Shown here piece after piece: positions 14,211 to 28,300 of a stretch of DNA of 64,000 nucleotides. The stretch is from Trichoplax adhaerens. Taxonomy: Eukaryota > Animalia > Placozoa. The translations under genes and the position numbers were made by a program. The notes beneath the pieces are model-generated. The model saw only the letters and a program-made list of their open reading frames with translations, was not told the DNA's origin and did not search any database. Position 1 is the stretch's first letter. Each line of letters starts with the position of its first letter. Location: NCBI RefSeq assembly GCF_000150275.1, contig NW_002060947.1, positions 2,345,740 through 2,409,739 on the forward strand, read 5' to 3'.

Positions 14211-15681
14211 GGTGATTTATCGAAAATGCTTCAGTTAATTCTACCTTGCTAATGAATATAATAATACGAACAATAAACAATATGGATAATATGGTGATAA
14301 AAATTAAAGATGTTATCCGTAGCTCAGAATACTAAACAGTGAAGTAATAGGATTTTATTACAGTGAACCGTTCAATGAGAGCAGAAATAACTTTTGGGTT
14401 AAACTATACTGCTTTTGAAGGGCACTACAGTGCTTCCGGTTGTATACAGTAAGTGAACATCGTAAGTTAATACCATACCTTAGGACTTTATCCTATATAT
14501 CATATTATAACATTATAACTTGAAATAATGGCATATCGACGCGAAATCAGTTTTGTGGTTCTTGAATGTTGTTGGAGTTTCTGTGAGCACTACAGTTCCT
14601 GTATTCGCCAGATTTGCAAACAGGTACACCATACAGTACGGTACACTGCTTCATACAAACAGTGTACTGTAGAGTAAAGTACTGTACAGTACCGTACAGT
14701 ACTGTACTATGTACTGTGTTCACAATACATTGTACACTAATGCACAGTACTGTACAGTACTGCATCGTACTGTACTGTACACGCGTACAGTACCTGTGCA
14801 CTGTACAGTACACAAGTTTGGTACATGTACTGTACGGCAGTACTGTACAGACTGTACGGTATAATCACTGACAATCATTTTGCTTCAGTTCTATCAAACA
14901 CCACGAATTGAAACAGTACAGTACTGTACTGTATTCATTAGCAAAGCGTGCTGGTTATTATAGTCACTTGGTCCGCACCAGTCTGCCATGGACTGTGAAC
15001 AGGGCTCATTTTTCTAGCAAAACTGTGATTGTGACAGAAACAGCGAATCAAGCCTCGTTTTTACAGTACTGTACACTGAGTGTACTGTACAGTACTTATT
15101 TTGCTACATAGGCCAGTATTACGGAGTGAGTTGTAAAATGGTTAGACCGACCGCACATACTGTATAACAGCGATTGATAGTTTGTATTAGAAACTTTAAA
15201 GAAATATAATTATTCAATACTTCAATAAAAAGTAATAGAAATACCAAGAACCAATTACTCAATGTTGTAGTGATCTGTCTGCGTGAAATTTGAGCCAAAT
15301 TTAAAGTAAATTTCTTCAAAATTTAAAGATATGTCTAGCAACATCATAGCTGAATAATGAACATCTTTCAATCATTTTATAAGGCTTGCCACGCCCCTGT
15401 GATAAAGGTCTTGTGTGCGTGTGCAGTACAGTGTACAGTAGCCATTGCATGTTATGGTTTTACCGTACTGTACGGTACTGCATGACTTAAAGTGACAGCA
15501 CTATACTGTACTATGCACTACAGTACTACTCCAGCTGCAGATTAGATTTTACATTTACATTTTCTAGCGCCCTACGATGGTTTTATATTTATCTGGCACG
15601 TACGTATATGTTGCAAATATAATTATACATATATGATTCATTAAATTTTGACAGTGAGTCGGGTGGTGTTGTAAGTGCAGA
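14211..15681. promoter_or_regulatory. Divergent (head-to-head) promoter region shared by ITPR and UTP18
   Basis: Start codons point away from each other about 1.47 kb apart. Contains an ETS-type CTTCCGG (14433-14439), an ACTACAGTTCC resembling the ZNF143/THAP11 motif (14589-14599), a Sp/KLF box GCCACGCCCC (15388-15397) and dense CAGTA/TACTG repeats. Confidence 0.65.
14620..14940. repeat. Palindromic CAGTA/TACTG (GTAC-core) micro-repeat island
   Basis: For example actgtacagtaccgtacagtactgtactatgtactgtg and cagtactgtacagtac. Further copies at about 15060-15095 and 15420-15530. Confidence 0.85.
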
Positions 15682-18600
15682 ATGTTACGACGACGCATAC
15701 TGAATGCAGGCAAGAATGAAAACGCTGGAAATCATAAAGCGATACCTTTCTTTGAAAATCATGGTCCTTTCGATCAAGAAACAGATACGAGTGGCATTGC
15801 AAAATCATCCTTGTCGTGCTCGCGAGATACCACGCCGGTTTGGAAGGATGAGGTGATAATAAATAATGCGATGGTGCAGTAAAGTGTAAAGTGATAGCAA
15901 TACCTGCAATTACTCACAATTACTTTGCGTTAGAAAGTAACATAGATCAATTAAGTATTAAGCAGATCCTTAGGAGTTATAATTGCAGAGTCGCATATAG
16001 GTAGGTCTTGAAGATCGAACATTTTATTTTATTTTGTGTTCCATAGGAGTATGCAGGTAACCCAAGGAACCCTGCGTGGACAGACGAAAATGACATCAGT
16101 GAGCAGTAAGTCATCAAAATTCTGTATTTTATGTTATGCCGTACTACGATACTGTACCGAGATTTTGTGGTCATCTCACCTGGTAGCTGCTTAAAGTCGC
16201 AGATAATTATATAATTTATTCGTAATAGTGCGGTAATTAAATGTCGTTATGCGCGTACTGTATATTGTACAATAATTATAGTAGCAATTGTTACAATGAT
16301 ACCAGATTGACCAAACCACAACGAGTAAAGACTTTTAAATTATATTTGCATGAAGATGTAATTTGATCGTGACGAAATCTGTCAATAGCTGAGGTGTCAG
16401 GTGATTTGAATTATAGGGTATTAATACCTCTTCACCAAAAGTACAAGAAATTGCGGTTAGGATCGGAAGAGAAGTTGATATCAGCTCATGCTTTAGAAGA
16501 CAAACTTAGAGAGAAGTACGGCATTAAATAAACTAATAATATACTTCAAAATATTCAATTTCGTTAATCATATTACTGTAGTTAACCGATATAACGTGAA
16601 TGTAATTATATGATGCTGAATTAGTTGGGTTACTTGTTACTTGCTTAATCGGATCAAATCATAATTATTTTAAGTTTCTATGATGTAATTGGCCAACCAT
16701 CTTGGGCAGCACTTTCTGAAGATCCGGATCACGATGGCTACGGAGGTAAGGATCTCACAATTTGATTTTGATATTAAGTATTAAACCAATAAGTGAAATT
16801 AATCAACCACTGGATTCTTAAAATTTCTGCAGTAAAGCCTGGTAGACTATTCTAGTGACTAATAAGCATTAAATTTGTATTACATGGCGTGAAATTCTGT
16901 GTGTACTCATTCGCCGTGTTTTCATAATCAATACTGAAGATGACTTATGCTTTGTAGAATTGAAACTTTTAAATAATAGATGTTTCTAATAATGTTACAG
17001 TAAAAAAATTATACTTATTGAAGGCATGCTAATTAATTTTAGACAGTACGCGGCATCACTATCGATATCATAAGAAGAAACGACTCAGTATTAGTCCCAT
17101 TGGTGTTGCATCTCATGATATTGAGGTTGGTTTTATAATATAATATATCACTAAATAACAGTTATCGTGTGATATATGTTGACCATCTTTCGTATATTGA
17201 ATGGTTCTCGTGCTTTTGCCTCAGATCGATTTCATATCGTTACATATATTACTTTTCGTCCATACAGAATTCCTTAAAGTTTATAGATTTCCATCCGACT
17301 AAGCCGATCTTATTATCGGCTGGTATATCCAAAACATTAAATATTTTCCAGGTATACTGAGCTAGTAGCTCGCGACGTAAATGTGATCAGGTGATCAAGT
17401 AATCGGATCGTGAGCCTGATTAATAGCTACCGCTTTACTAAATTAAATACTACACTGAAGTGCTATTCGATGTACATCATCAAGTCTTGTTGTATTTAAT
17501 GCTATAGGTTAACAAAGATGCAGTTATTAAACTGCAAAATATTTATTTTGAAAATTATCCGCTGCAAATGGCTCTATTTTCTATGGATGGCCGACAGATA
17601 GTCTTATCTTCAAGACATAAGCCATTGTGGTTTTATGACCTTCAGTCAAACCGTACTTTAAAAATTGGAAAACTGATTGGTATAATTTTTGTTCAGACGT
17701 AGATTGATTTTGTGTACGCGTATGTGGTTATTGTATACTCTAAACACATATTCAATCTTTTATCGATGTTGTAGGAAAATCTTTCAGTTCCAGCAAAGGC
17801 ATTTCGGTCTCTCCGGACAATAAATTGATAGCCGTCATAAGTGATGATGGCTACATTAAACTTGTTTCATACCATGTAATATAAGTTAATTATGCATTTT
17901 AATCAAACTCGATAACCGTAGAATTGATGAAGGTTTCATTTTTATGCAGACAAAGGAGCTTATCGGCGAATTAAAAATGAATGGATCAGTTTGCGTAGCT
18001 AGTTTTTCGGATGATGGGTCCCAATTATATGCCGGAGGAGGTCATATCAGAATTGTAGATTTTCTAATTACAGAATTATACATTACTTAGGTTGCTTGAG
18101 AGTTATTTGTCAGATTTTTTAAGTCAGTTTGCATTTATATAATGTAAGGTATACGAACATTTAGTCGTCAGCAACTTTAATATGTATTAGTGCATTAATA
18201 CTTAGGACAGCTAATTTCTACTGCTTGTATACAGCTTGTGCAAAGCTTCACCAATGAATACTTATTAGTAATACGTTTCGGTGGAACTATAGGTGATGGT
18301 GAAGTGTACGTTTGGGATGTTGGTCATCGCTCTTGCATTCACAGATTTGAGGATGAAGGGTCTATTTCCTGTTCAAGTATCTGCATTTCTCAAGACGGGA
18401 AGTACTTTGTTAGCGGGTATGGAAAGCCTTTACGCAGTGTCGCAGATATTTTTCTAGCCATAAAGACAGATATGTCGTTTCTGTTTTTTAAATTAATAGC
18501 CTAATGTTTCAAATGTTAGATCTAGTACAGGTAGTGTTAACGTTTATAACAAAGACGACATATGGAAATCCCGTCCAGAACCAATGAAAAAATTTCAAAA

Positions 18601-19549
18601 TTTGCAATCTGCCATTAACGTTTCTAAAATAAATTCGACGAGGTAGTTAACAAATTTGCTGCTAAGTTCCGGAAGTACTCTTCAGTACTAATTAGTCTGG
18701 CCTCTTACGTATAAAAATCTTAAATCACGAAGCAATTTGCAAATTTGTGAATTATTTCGCTAAGGAATTGTATGCAGATATAGATGATTTAGGCCTATAC
18801 CATATAGTGAAGTTTATATGTATATTTTGCGGCTTTTACTTTATAGTTTATTTTTAATTGCAGTATATTTACACATACGTGTATTACGTAGATTGTATGC
18901 GAACGAATATAATGGAATTTGGATAATATCTGAAAGTGTTTTCAGCTAAATTTATAGCTACTAGATTAGATGTGGTGAAAAAGTATTTGATGTAACCCTT
19001 ACTGTTACGATGGTGTAGCTAATTTTTGGAAATAAGGCTTAATCTTTTTATTGTCGTAATTTATATTCCTAGTCAAGTATTGGTTTATTCATCCGTTAAA
19101 CCGAAAAATTCACTTAAACTGGTAATCAAATTTAAAGTTATGAGATTATTATCACTCATTTATATTTTAATGGTTGTGCGGTGATTAACGTGATACGATT
19201 GTCTACGCTTTGCAAGGAACCGTTGTTGTGAAAAATATCGTATTGAAGGCGATTGTTTACTTATGCTTCTGAATTCTTGTAATGTTAACCATAGGTAGAT
19301 TTGAAGTCTCTCTCTGTGATGTCATACTGGCCCACGCGTCAAAACCGGCTTGGGTATATCCAGTCCGCCGCGTTCTCTGCAGACGGAAGCCAGCTAGCAC
19401 TTGGAAATTCTATTGGCAAAATATCTGTTTTTGAGTAAGTAAAATTTATCCGTCATCGTTTATTTCGTGATTCGCATTGCTAGATTTTATAACCTATTGA
19501 AGCTTATTTTGGGTATGAATTCTATTATAGGATGGTCAATAGTGGGTAA
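15682..19549 (+). CDS. UTP18: U3 small nucleolar RNA-associated protein 18 (WD40, SSU processome), multi-exon
   Basis: Exons give PAWTDEND, LEDKLREKFYDVIGQPSWA, DFHPTKPILLSAGISKTLNIFQ, TKELIGELKMNGSV, GDGEVYVWDVGHRSCIHRFEDEGSI, SGSSTGSVNVY, KNSLKLVDLKSLSVMSYWP and AFSADGSQLALGN, the UTP18 motif order. Last exon MVNSG ends at TAA 19547-19549. The start codon and first splice junctions are less certain. Confidence 0.9.
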
Positions 19550-20781
19550 TTCTTATTACGAATTCTGCTCTTTCGAAGGATGTTTAGAATAAGTTGTAAT
19601 GTTACGTTTACATTTGCTTTCATTAATGAAGAAATACCAAGCACTGTAAATAATAGTGTAACATTTTTGAGTTGCTATATTCCATCGGAATGAATGATAT
19701 CTGGTTGTTCTGCAGCTGGAAAGTTATGAATTTTACATATTGGTAGATTATACTACTACAAATATGACTTAGAACATTATTAATGAAATTTTGTAATTTT
19801 ATAATTTGATACTGTGGCCTGCAGTTATAAACATTAGCTGTGGATATCGGCTGTTTTTATATGTTTGCAAGTACAGAATGACTTCCTATATGTTGCAAAT
19901 AAAATCTCGCAATTTCAGCTGCTCTATCTATACTGTTGTTTATGCAGCATTTTACCTTGGAGTAAGGTAACGCATATACTTTAATTAATGAACCTGATTG
20001 ATCGTTAATTTGTCTGATTGATTCTCTTATTACTTTAATAACTAATTTACTTTGCCGCATACTGTAAGTTTTCACCTTCAGTTGTTGCTGATGCCGATAG
20101 GTCAAGTAATCGTAGAAAAACTTTTTAGTTCGTTGAGTTTTATATACTGGCTCAGAAAATTCCTAAGGTCAGTTACATATTTAAGGAATAGTGAGTTGCT
20201 AGTAGATGGCTGTTATTACCTGCAAAATTCATGAATTTGGGTCACTGCCGATAAGAATAACTGTATCCTGCTTTGCATTATTTATTTGAACGTTTATATG
20301 AGCAGTATCGTTTTATCCGCGAAGGACAAAAATGTTCGCTTTCTACAAGTTCGGTTCTGTATCCTTGTGATATCTACACTGTTATACATATAATAATATG
20401 CTCTATATAGAAAATTTGGGGTTGAGGGGTTGATTATGTACAGTAGATACGAGCATGTTACGAACGGTATTAGAACTTTCGAAGATTGCAGTTTTCAAAA
20501 ACTTTTAAACCTTTTAATCTGCTTTATTCAACATATAGAATAAGGTCGGCGAATACGTAATTGTGTAATTAAGGTTTTGCATTGACAATATTGTGCAGTG
20601 TATATTTATTCGAAGTATTACGAGCGGAATATTTTTATTAGCATGTGAAGTAGAACCAGTACTTGTAGAGTCAACAGCGCAGGTGTAGGTCTGCACTAGA
20701 AGCCACTGCCGATGTTAGTATTATACAACTTGAACATTCGATTATTGCCTCATGATATGAAGCTGTGACGATACTAGAAAT

Positions 20782-22282
20782 TCAGAAGCGGCCAGATAGT
20801 AGCTGATGAGCATTATCTGTTTAAAGGTATAATAGTAAGCGTAACAACTTCAATACTCAGTTATCTGCGCTCATGGGTATACGTATATGTAAGAAACTGT
20901 TCAATAAAGAAAGGTTTGTGTTATAACCTTCTACTACTGTGGTCATCTTATTGCTTTATCAACGAAAGAAAGACTGATAAAAGTGAATATTTACTAATGA
21001 GAATACAACTCCACAATCGATGACAGTTCTATCTAGTCGTACCCCATCAACAGCTCCGGTAAAAGTGGCTATTGCTTGTCCTTTTATCCTAGTATCTAAC
21101 CGTAACTAATAATATAATTGATTGCCCATAACAAAGTATGGATATCGGAATAATCTACTTCAATTCCATGATTTTATACCCAGCATATACAGTAAAATAC
21201 TATGTACTCCGCAAAGATTGACTCTGATTTACTTGCCTTTCTACCAACCTATTTGCCTAAAACTTTTACAAATAAGTAATTTGTGATGAAACAAACACTT
21301 ATTTTACTCCAGTATAAATTCCAATTCCATTGAGGTGAAAGATAATACTTTTTCTTTACTTCCATGTCTAATTCTGATCCCTTCCACTATGTTAACATAA
21401 TACGGAAAACAGTTGAACAATTGTAGAAAGCGTTATCATACTTGTATTCTGTAGACTAAAGAGCGTCAGTTACCTCAAGCTTAGTAATGTCACACTCACG
21501 AGTATATTTCTTTATAAGTACAGTACAATAAAGTTAATTTGACGTACAGTGTAACGTGTATGCAATAGTATATTACAGTAATAATTTAACCTCAATACCC
21601 CACCAGGAACTACTAAATGAAAATAAAAGAAGAAAAATGACTGATCAGAGCAAAATATGTGTAGGCCAATCTCTTTTAGTCATTTCGCTTTACTACTATG
21701 CTCTACGACTGGAACAGTAGCACCTTACACAGGACAATCGAAAACCAAGCTGGTAGTAGCAGTAATACAAGTGTAAGACGAACGGTACAGTTACAATGAC
21801 CAGCAAAATAGTCTGTCTTCCATTTCACGAGTACGGTATATGGAATGACCATTTTCCCTTCCTCTATCGTTCTCTTAGTAGTCTCTGGTCCCTGGTATAC
21901 GTTTGATTCACGATAAATGCAAGTGCTCACGCTATTTAAGAGCTTAAGTCTAGAACGACTTACCTTTTGAGGCAACTGAGTAAAACTAGATATTTATTTT
22001 ACTGTATAGTAAATTTCAGTAAAGTATGATATAATTATATCAGTAATTTAACATTAATAAAAGTGGTACTGTTACACTACCAACATATCTTTATTGGTAC
22101 CTTTAAGGCTCTAGCATTACAATCTTTGCACTGAATTTAATGTGATTCTTATAAAACTATATACGAATTCAATGCAAATAGTTATCTACAGATCTTAATC
22201 ATAAGCAAATAAAGCGCCAAAACCGTAAATAGATATTTATGCTTAACATGCAAATAACCTTTTGCATACACCCTCTCTTCAT
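20782..22282 (-). CDS. Candidate orphan micro-exon gene (about 110 aa, no recognised family)
   Basis: Ten frame-compatible exons of 12-46 nt (22282-21043) with AG acceptors, GT donors (one GC, with an in-phase GT alternative) and 72-148 nt introns form one open frame. Two further 3' exons to a stop at 20782 are tentative. Assembled by eye. Confidence 0.4.
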
Positions 22283-22370
22283 AATCGTCTTCTACATTTT
22301 TACACCGCTTAAATTAAAGTCAAAATTAAATTGAACTAAGTGCCGTAAGAAAATATCCTCTTATAATGAA

Positions 22371-25300
22371 CTAATCGTCAAGCTGACATAATAACGCAAC
22401 GCCTCGCTTTATCCAGTGTTTCGCAGGTTTTTCAGTTGGTAGCTTGATAGTCAGCACATAATTAGTAGAATGGCCAGTCGTACTTAATGTGCCACGTCTA
22501 GCGCTTGTCTTATAAACCGGACAATCGTACATTGGCAGGGTTAACACTTCACCTATTATACCTGCATGAAAATGAAGAGTAACAAATCAGATAGCTAAAT
22601 AACTTTATAAATTAAAATTTAGGCGTCAGCAATATTTGTGGTGGTCTACACCGGTGAACAAATTAAAAATATTCAACTAGGAATAATATTTACCTGGTTT
22701 AAGATAAATAACCGGAAGTAGATCATACAGTAACTTTGGATAAGATTCTGTGACAACCCTCCTAAAAGTTGTTAAGAAATTTTAAGTAATTAATCCTAAG
22801 CTGGAATAGAATACTTGTAATTAGTTAAGGATTTTGTCTTGCATTGAAAAGATGCCTGGGATTTTAATTAATGCTGAAAGTACCAATCGCTACCAAAGGT
22901 AACGAATCTCCCATATCATACTTCTCACATTGTAATCATTGCATAACAGTGGAGGAATCAATTAGAGTTTCAGGGTAAAATCTACAAACCTATCGCGATC
23001 CCAACGAGCTCCCTCTAAGTAAACACCGTAGATATAGGCACCATCCGTTGGTGAATTTGTGATCTCATCATGATTTTGCGATAATACCTGAATTACAATG
23101 TAGATGATTATAATTAATCATAGATAATTCTAAAACTCTGTTCTCAAATTTACGCACTACGTTATAAAATAAAAAATATAAAATCACCTCGTAACTAAAA
23201 TTAAGTTTATCAATCGCGATGGTGTACTTTCTTGCATAGTTCTGTATAACACCAGTTAGAAAAGCCTAACGAGAACGGATTCCATCAAAAAATTTAAAAA
23301 AGAAATAGATCAGTAAAGAAACCATTTTACCTGCGTGAAAAAGAAACCTGACAACCAATAAACCACGGGTTCGCCTTTGTTGAACCAATCCTACATCACA
23401 TAGTAAGCAATAGCATGCAATTACTTTACTTAAGAAAGAACGAAATGATAAGCGAATAGCTTATGCATAAGGTAATGCATCTAGTAGACCGTTCTAAAAG
23501 TGAACCCGAAAGTATAACATATAGTACAAACTTTTAAGAACTTTAGCCTCATTAACAAGTCTGCAATATAGCTTCCCAAGGGTTTCAAGCTGGGATACGA
23601 AAATTTCATCCACAATTCTGGGACCTAAAGATATTTATAAGAACATACACTTCAATCTACAACTGAAAGCTGCAAGATTAGTATGTAGCAACAAACTACC
23701 TTTCCAATAAGAAGGCTTTGGGATAAAGATTCAAGATCGGTAGACATGATAACGAGACCTTTGATAGCTTTCTGCAAATTGCTAAGACTTGAACGTATAG
23801 CTTCTAGAAGACTAGCATCAGCAATAAATGTCGTCAACATTATAATTACCGAATCCCTTCTGTTTAAGATATATCTATTTTTTTTGCTTACTCATTAAAT
23901 CTTTTCAATTCTTGTACTAGAACCGTATTCATACTCTCTGAATAGCTAACAGGATACTTTTTAATAGCACCAGCCAGATCGAAATTAGACGGCAATTTCG
24001 TCATAACGTCTTGAGCAATGTCATATAACGTATCATCCGCTTTTCGACTGACTCCAGTAGCAACATTACTACCTTGTGTACTTAGCAGTGATTCAAAAAT
24101 CTATCAGAAATTTAAAAATTTTATCAAATAATTATGATCGCTCCATTAGAGCCTCAAAGCATGAATGTTGACGCAAAGAAAAATTTGCAATGTATCCCGA
24201 ACCAGTTTAGTTTCTCGTAATTCACGCGAGATATCGACGTTTTCATGTAGTCCAAAAACTTCCGGTTGTTGATGCATTGGCAAGTTCTACATAAACCAGA
24301 GCAGTTTAAATTAAGTTATAGATACTTCTGTATAGTAATTATTATAGTGTTAGTTATTATTTCCTATTCTACTCTACACATACTTTTATATCTTCTATGT
24401 AATTATCAAGATTCCCGCTAGACAAAACGATGTAAATACCACTAGGCGAGAGTTTATACTTGGAATCATTTACGATTTCAGAACAATAAAAGTCCGAAAG
24501 TAATGTCAGCAAGCAGCGTCTATAAATAAAGGATTTAGTCCAAAAGATATTAGTGTTGGGCATATGCACGCTACCACCTTCCATGCCGAAACTCGATTTC
24601 TAACCTATCCCACTCATCCGTTACTCTTCCTCCGTAATTACATTCTCCAGTTAAATACAGAAGAGCATCAAAAGGGATCTGATCATAATCTCCTACGAAG
24701 GTCTACAAGAAGATGTATTTGGATGATTTGATGCATTACATCCCATATTTGAAAATAAACCAAAAATTTATACCTGCAGTTGGCGTATACTAATTCTCAG
24801 ATCGGATTCATTAAAGCCGTAAGGTATATTCCAGCCAATTGGACCAAACTTTCGACGCTCTTGTACAAGGGCGTGAAAAAAGCAAAGTCCATATAATAAC
24901 TTACTGAAGGCCTATAACATATTAAATGAAATAAATAAAAATATATCCAGACTTATCGCGAAGTCAGGCATCTTAATCTTAACCTGGACTTACCTGCTCC
25001 TTCCCACGACATTTACCGAAGAAATTTGGATCAGAGATCGGATCATTACTGTAGGACTGAAGTAAATTTTGTCGTAGCCCAGTTGGTGGTTCGTTTGTCA
25101 TTTTGATGCTATTTTGTAATATTGGAATTGGAAACTATGAAATGATACAATAGCATTTAGTTAAAAAGCAACTTACAATGATACTCGTACCGTATTACAA
25201 AGGTACATCGACTCCTAACAAAACACTTGAAACAGGAAACTGCCACTGCCGACCACCTTACCGGCTTTCCTTGATTTATTGATCAAAGCAAGCCTCAAGT

Positions 25301-28300
25301 CTATTGCTAACCTACCTTGTCCGAAGGATAGCTTGTAAGCCAGAGACGAAAGTTCTGGTCGACCTTATCAGCTAACAGCTTTTCACAAATTCTCTCAAGA
25401 GTCGGTAGCCAAGATACAGCCAAATGGCAATTCTGTAAAACGACCCAGTTTCCTTCCTTACTTGCAACATTAATTAGCTTAGCAGCAATGGGGCCCTTTA
25501 ATCACGTAACGAAATATTTACACGCTCGTTAAATTGATAACAATTTACAGCTGTCATTTAAGTGTTGTAATACCTGTCCTTGGCCTAACGAAATGGCATT
25601 AAATCGATTTCCAATAAATCCCTTATCTTCGGCAAATTTCATTAAACCTACCGTTAATACATCGTATATTATCAGTTATACAGATTTTATAGCAGTTCAA
25701 TGCAATGCCATATACTCTATGTCTCACCCGCCATTGGATCAGCTCCAGGCGACAATATAAAAAGCAGTGGTGCCACACAGCTAGAATCAGCATAGCTTTT
25801 ATACAAATCAAAGGGTGGAGGATCTACAAACTTACGACCTAGCTTTTCTTCAACGAAAGCCAATATCGTAGGTATAACCTATTGATTACACATAAAATTA
25901 TATTATATACGGAAATATCCGACTACTTCGTGCTTAATTTAGTGTCGTGATATCATTGATGACTTATGCACACACATCCATGCTATAATGTTAATAGTTT
26001 TATGTAAGGTGCGATAGGGTTCATTAGAAAATTAAGCATTACAAACATATCATGCTATTAATAAAATTTCTAAGCCGATTTTAATACCGTATTCAAAGAT
26101 GAACAGTATACATTTAGTATTCGATAGGTACTTCTGTCATTTATCATACTCCGCAGAAGCAAGTTTTACATACTTAAGTACAGTTATGCACATTTGGAAA
26201 TAGTACCACCGATATTATTCATATGGTATTATTGGAAGTATTATTTCATAAATAGCCTAAAATAGTAGGTTAAACTCTGCTCTCGTAGGAAGTTAGCTAC
26301 ATACCGTATGATACAAGTAATTTTATTGCTGATTAGAGTATTGTTTACTAATTGTGAATCGATTACTTGTAGCAGTCAAGTAACCATGATAACATTTAGC
26401 ACGCAGACATATCCCCAGCTAGTTGGGAAGGTTTTAAAAACGGTGACACTTTCAATGGTATAGAATGTTACATTGATCCTCAGCAAACTTGTTCACCTGC
26501 CTATAATGCGAAGTATAATCGCTACAATGCCCTAGACAGAGTATATACTATATATATTACTGTATACAGGAGGACAAGTTTCCTGAGCACGATTATTACC
26601 CCCGATCCCATCTCTAAAGTCCAACAACAATCAGTAAGAGGCTCATAGCATTTCAATAATTTCGAAACATAAGCTCAGTACCCTTAACATCACACACAAC
26701 TACACACTACCTTATCAGGACGTAAACACCGAACGACCATCATCCTCTGAAAGTCATTTAATTTTTCATTACACGGCGAGGGCAAAGGCATTTTATAAGG
26801 TTCTTTAGATTCGTACATCAAACGCCAATCGTCGATACCTCCAACAAAGCTTTCTCTTTAATGCAAAAGTAAGTTACGTTAGTTCAGAAACACCGCGATG
26901 TAAGCATCCAGTTATCATACTACGTAAACTATAAACATAAAATTATATTGACAAACAAAACAAACGGCAATTAATAGTCCAAGTGCATCATTTATTTTCG
27001 CCTCTGACCTGAAAGACTGTAACGACTGCAATTCTGACATTCGACAGATCTCATCCCAAGCCCTATCCGGCAGCCACTGTGGCGCTGGATTTTGGAGCTA
27101 CATTGTAACATATGCGTGTCATTGTCATTTAATTGAATAACCTGAATTGTGGCCAAAATATCCCTTATGACGCGTGCAAGAAATATTGTATAATTTTCTA
27201 CCTTATTTTCAAGTCCAACTCCGCCAGTCAGAAAGAACATAAACTCGTCACTATCCATTTCAGACCTGGCCCTATATCATAAGTAAAATTCATCATCGAT
27301 TTTGACGCTAAGTAGGATGGAATAGGTAACACTCTTACGTCAACATATTACAGCAAAGGAGAAATGAAAATAACAGCTTGTCCTTTTCGAAAAGTGATCG
27401 GCAGACATTACTATAAAGATTGTACGTGAAATGATCCGTCAAGTAACGCAGCCTTTTTTCCAAAATCTTTGACTTGTTACTACACAAAAAGAATCATATC
27501 AGATCGGCGACATTATTTCACACTCTATTCTATGCAATTCTTGCTACATTGTATAAGATTTTCAGAGAGCAAAAGCCAACACGACAATTAGCCGTAAGCA
27601 CGTAACGGTAATTCCAATACCTTTCTGTTATCGAATTTATGTATAAATTCACGAACCAAGACAGTGAATACTGATACATAGGATCGATATTTGCCAAGTC
27701 TGTAATCGAGAAGTATAAAACCGAAGAATGTTTGGCAATAGGCCTATACCCTGCCCTTGATTGATTTATCTTCTCTTCTGTTTCTTCAGCAATCTGTTAA
27801 ATAACGAAAAAATCCAACTCTGTCGCTTTTAACAGTATTACATATCTATGCAAGGTAAGTTTATACATAATCTGATTACACTTATAATACAAATCTAATT
27901 TTTCTAGCAGGAATAATAACGAACCTTCTGCTTTTTCGTTATTTCGTCAGAAAGCGATTTAGAGGAATCAAGCACTTGGATGGCGGATTCGTCTTCTAAG
28001 ATATTACCTTCAGATGAAGACAAAGTTTCTAATATTTTATCTTCTATTTCTTTTAACTGCTTTTTATTCGTAGCACTCTGGACTATCAAAGCGTTCCTCT
28101 GTTCTTCCAGTTCAGGCCTTAAAAAGGAAAAATATCTCTATTGAAATACAGATGATACCATCACATAAAAAAAAATAGATTGCGTAAGTACTTTTCTCTA
28201 GCTACAACAAGACCAAGAAGTTGATCTTCCAACCCTTCCGGTGTAATCATAAAATTCAAGAGTGATACCTATAAATCGTTAAGACACCCAATGAGACTAT

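Noticed and set aside
14547-15111. ORFs rich in Y/C/T/V/Q/S (14547-14813, 14614-14871, 14908-15111; also 49566-49769 and 49636-49842)
   Set aside because: They are translation artefacts of the CAGTA/TACTG repeat, not Cys-rich proteins.
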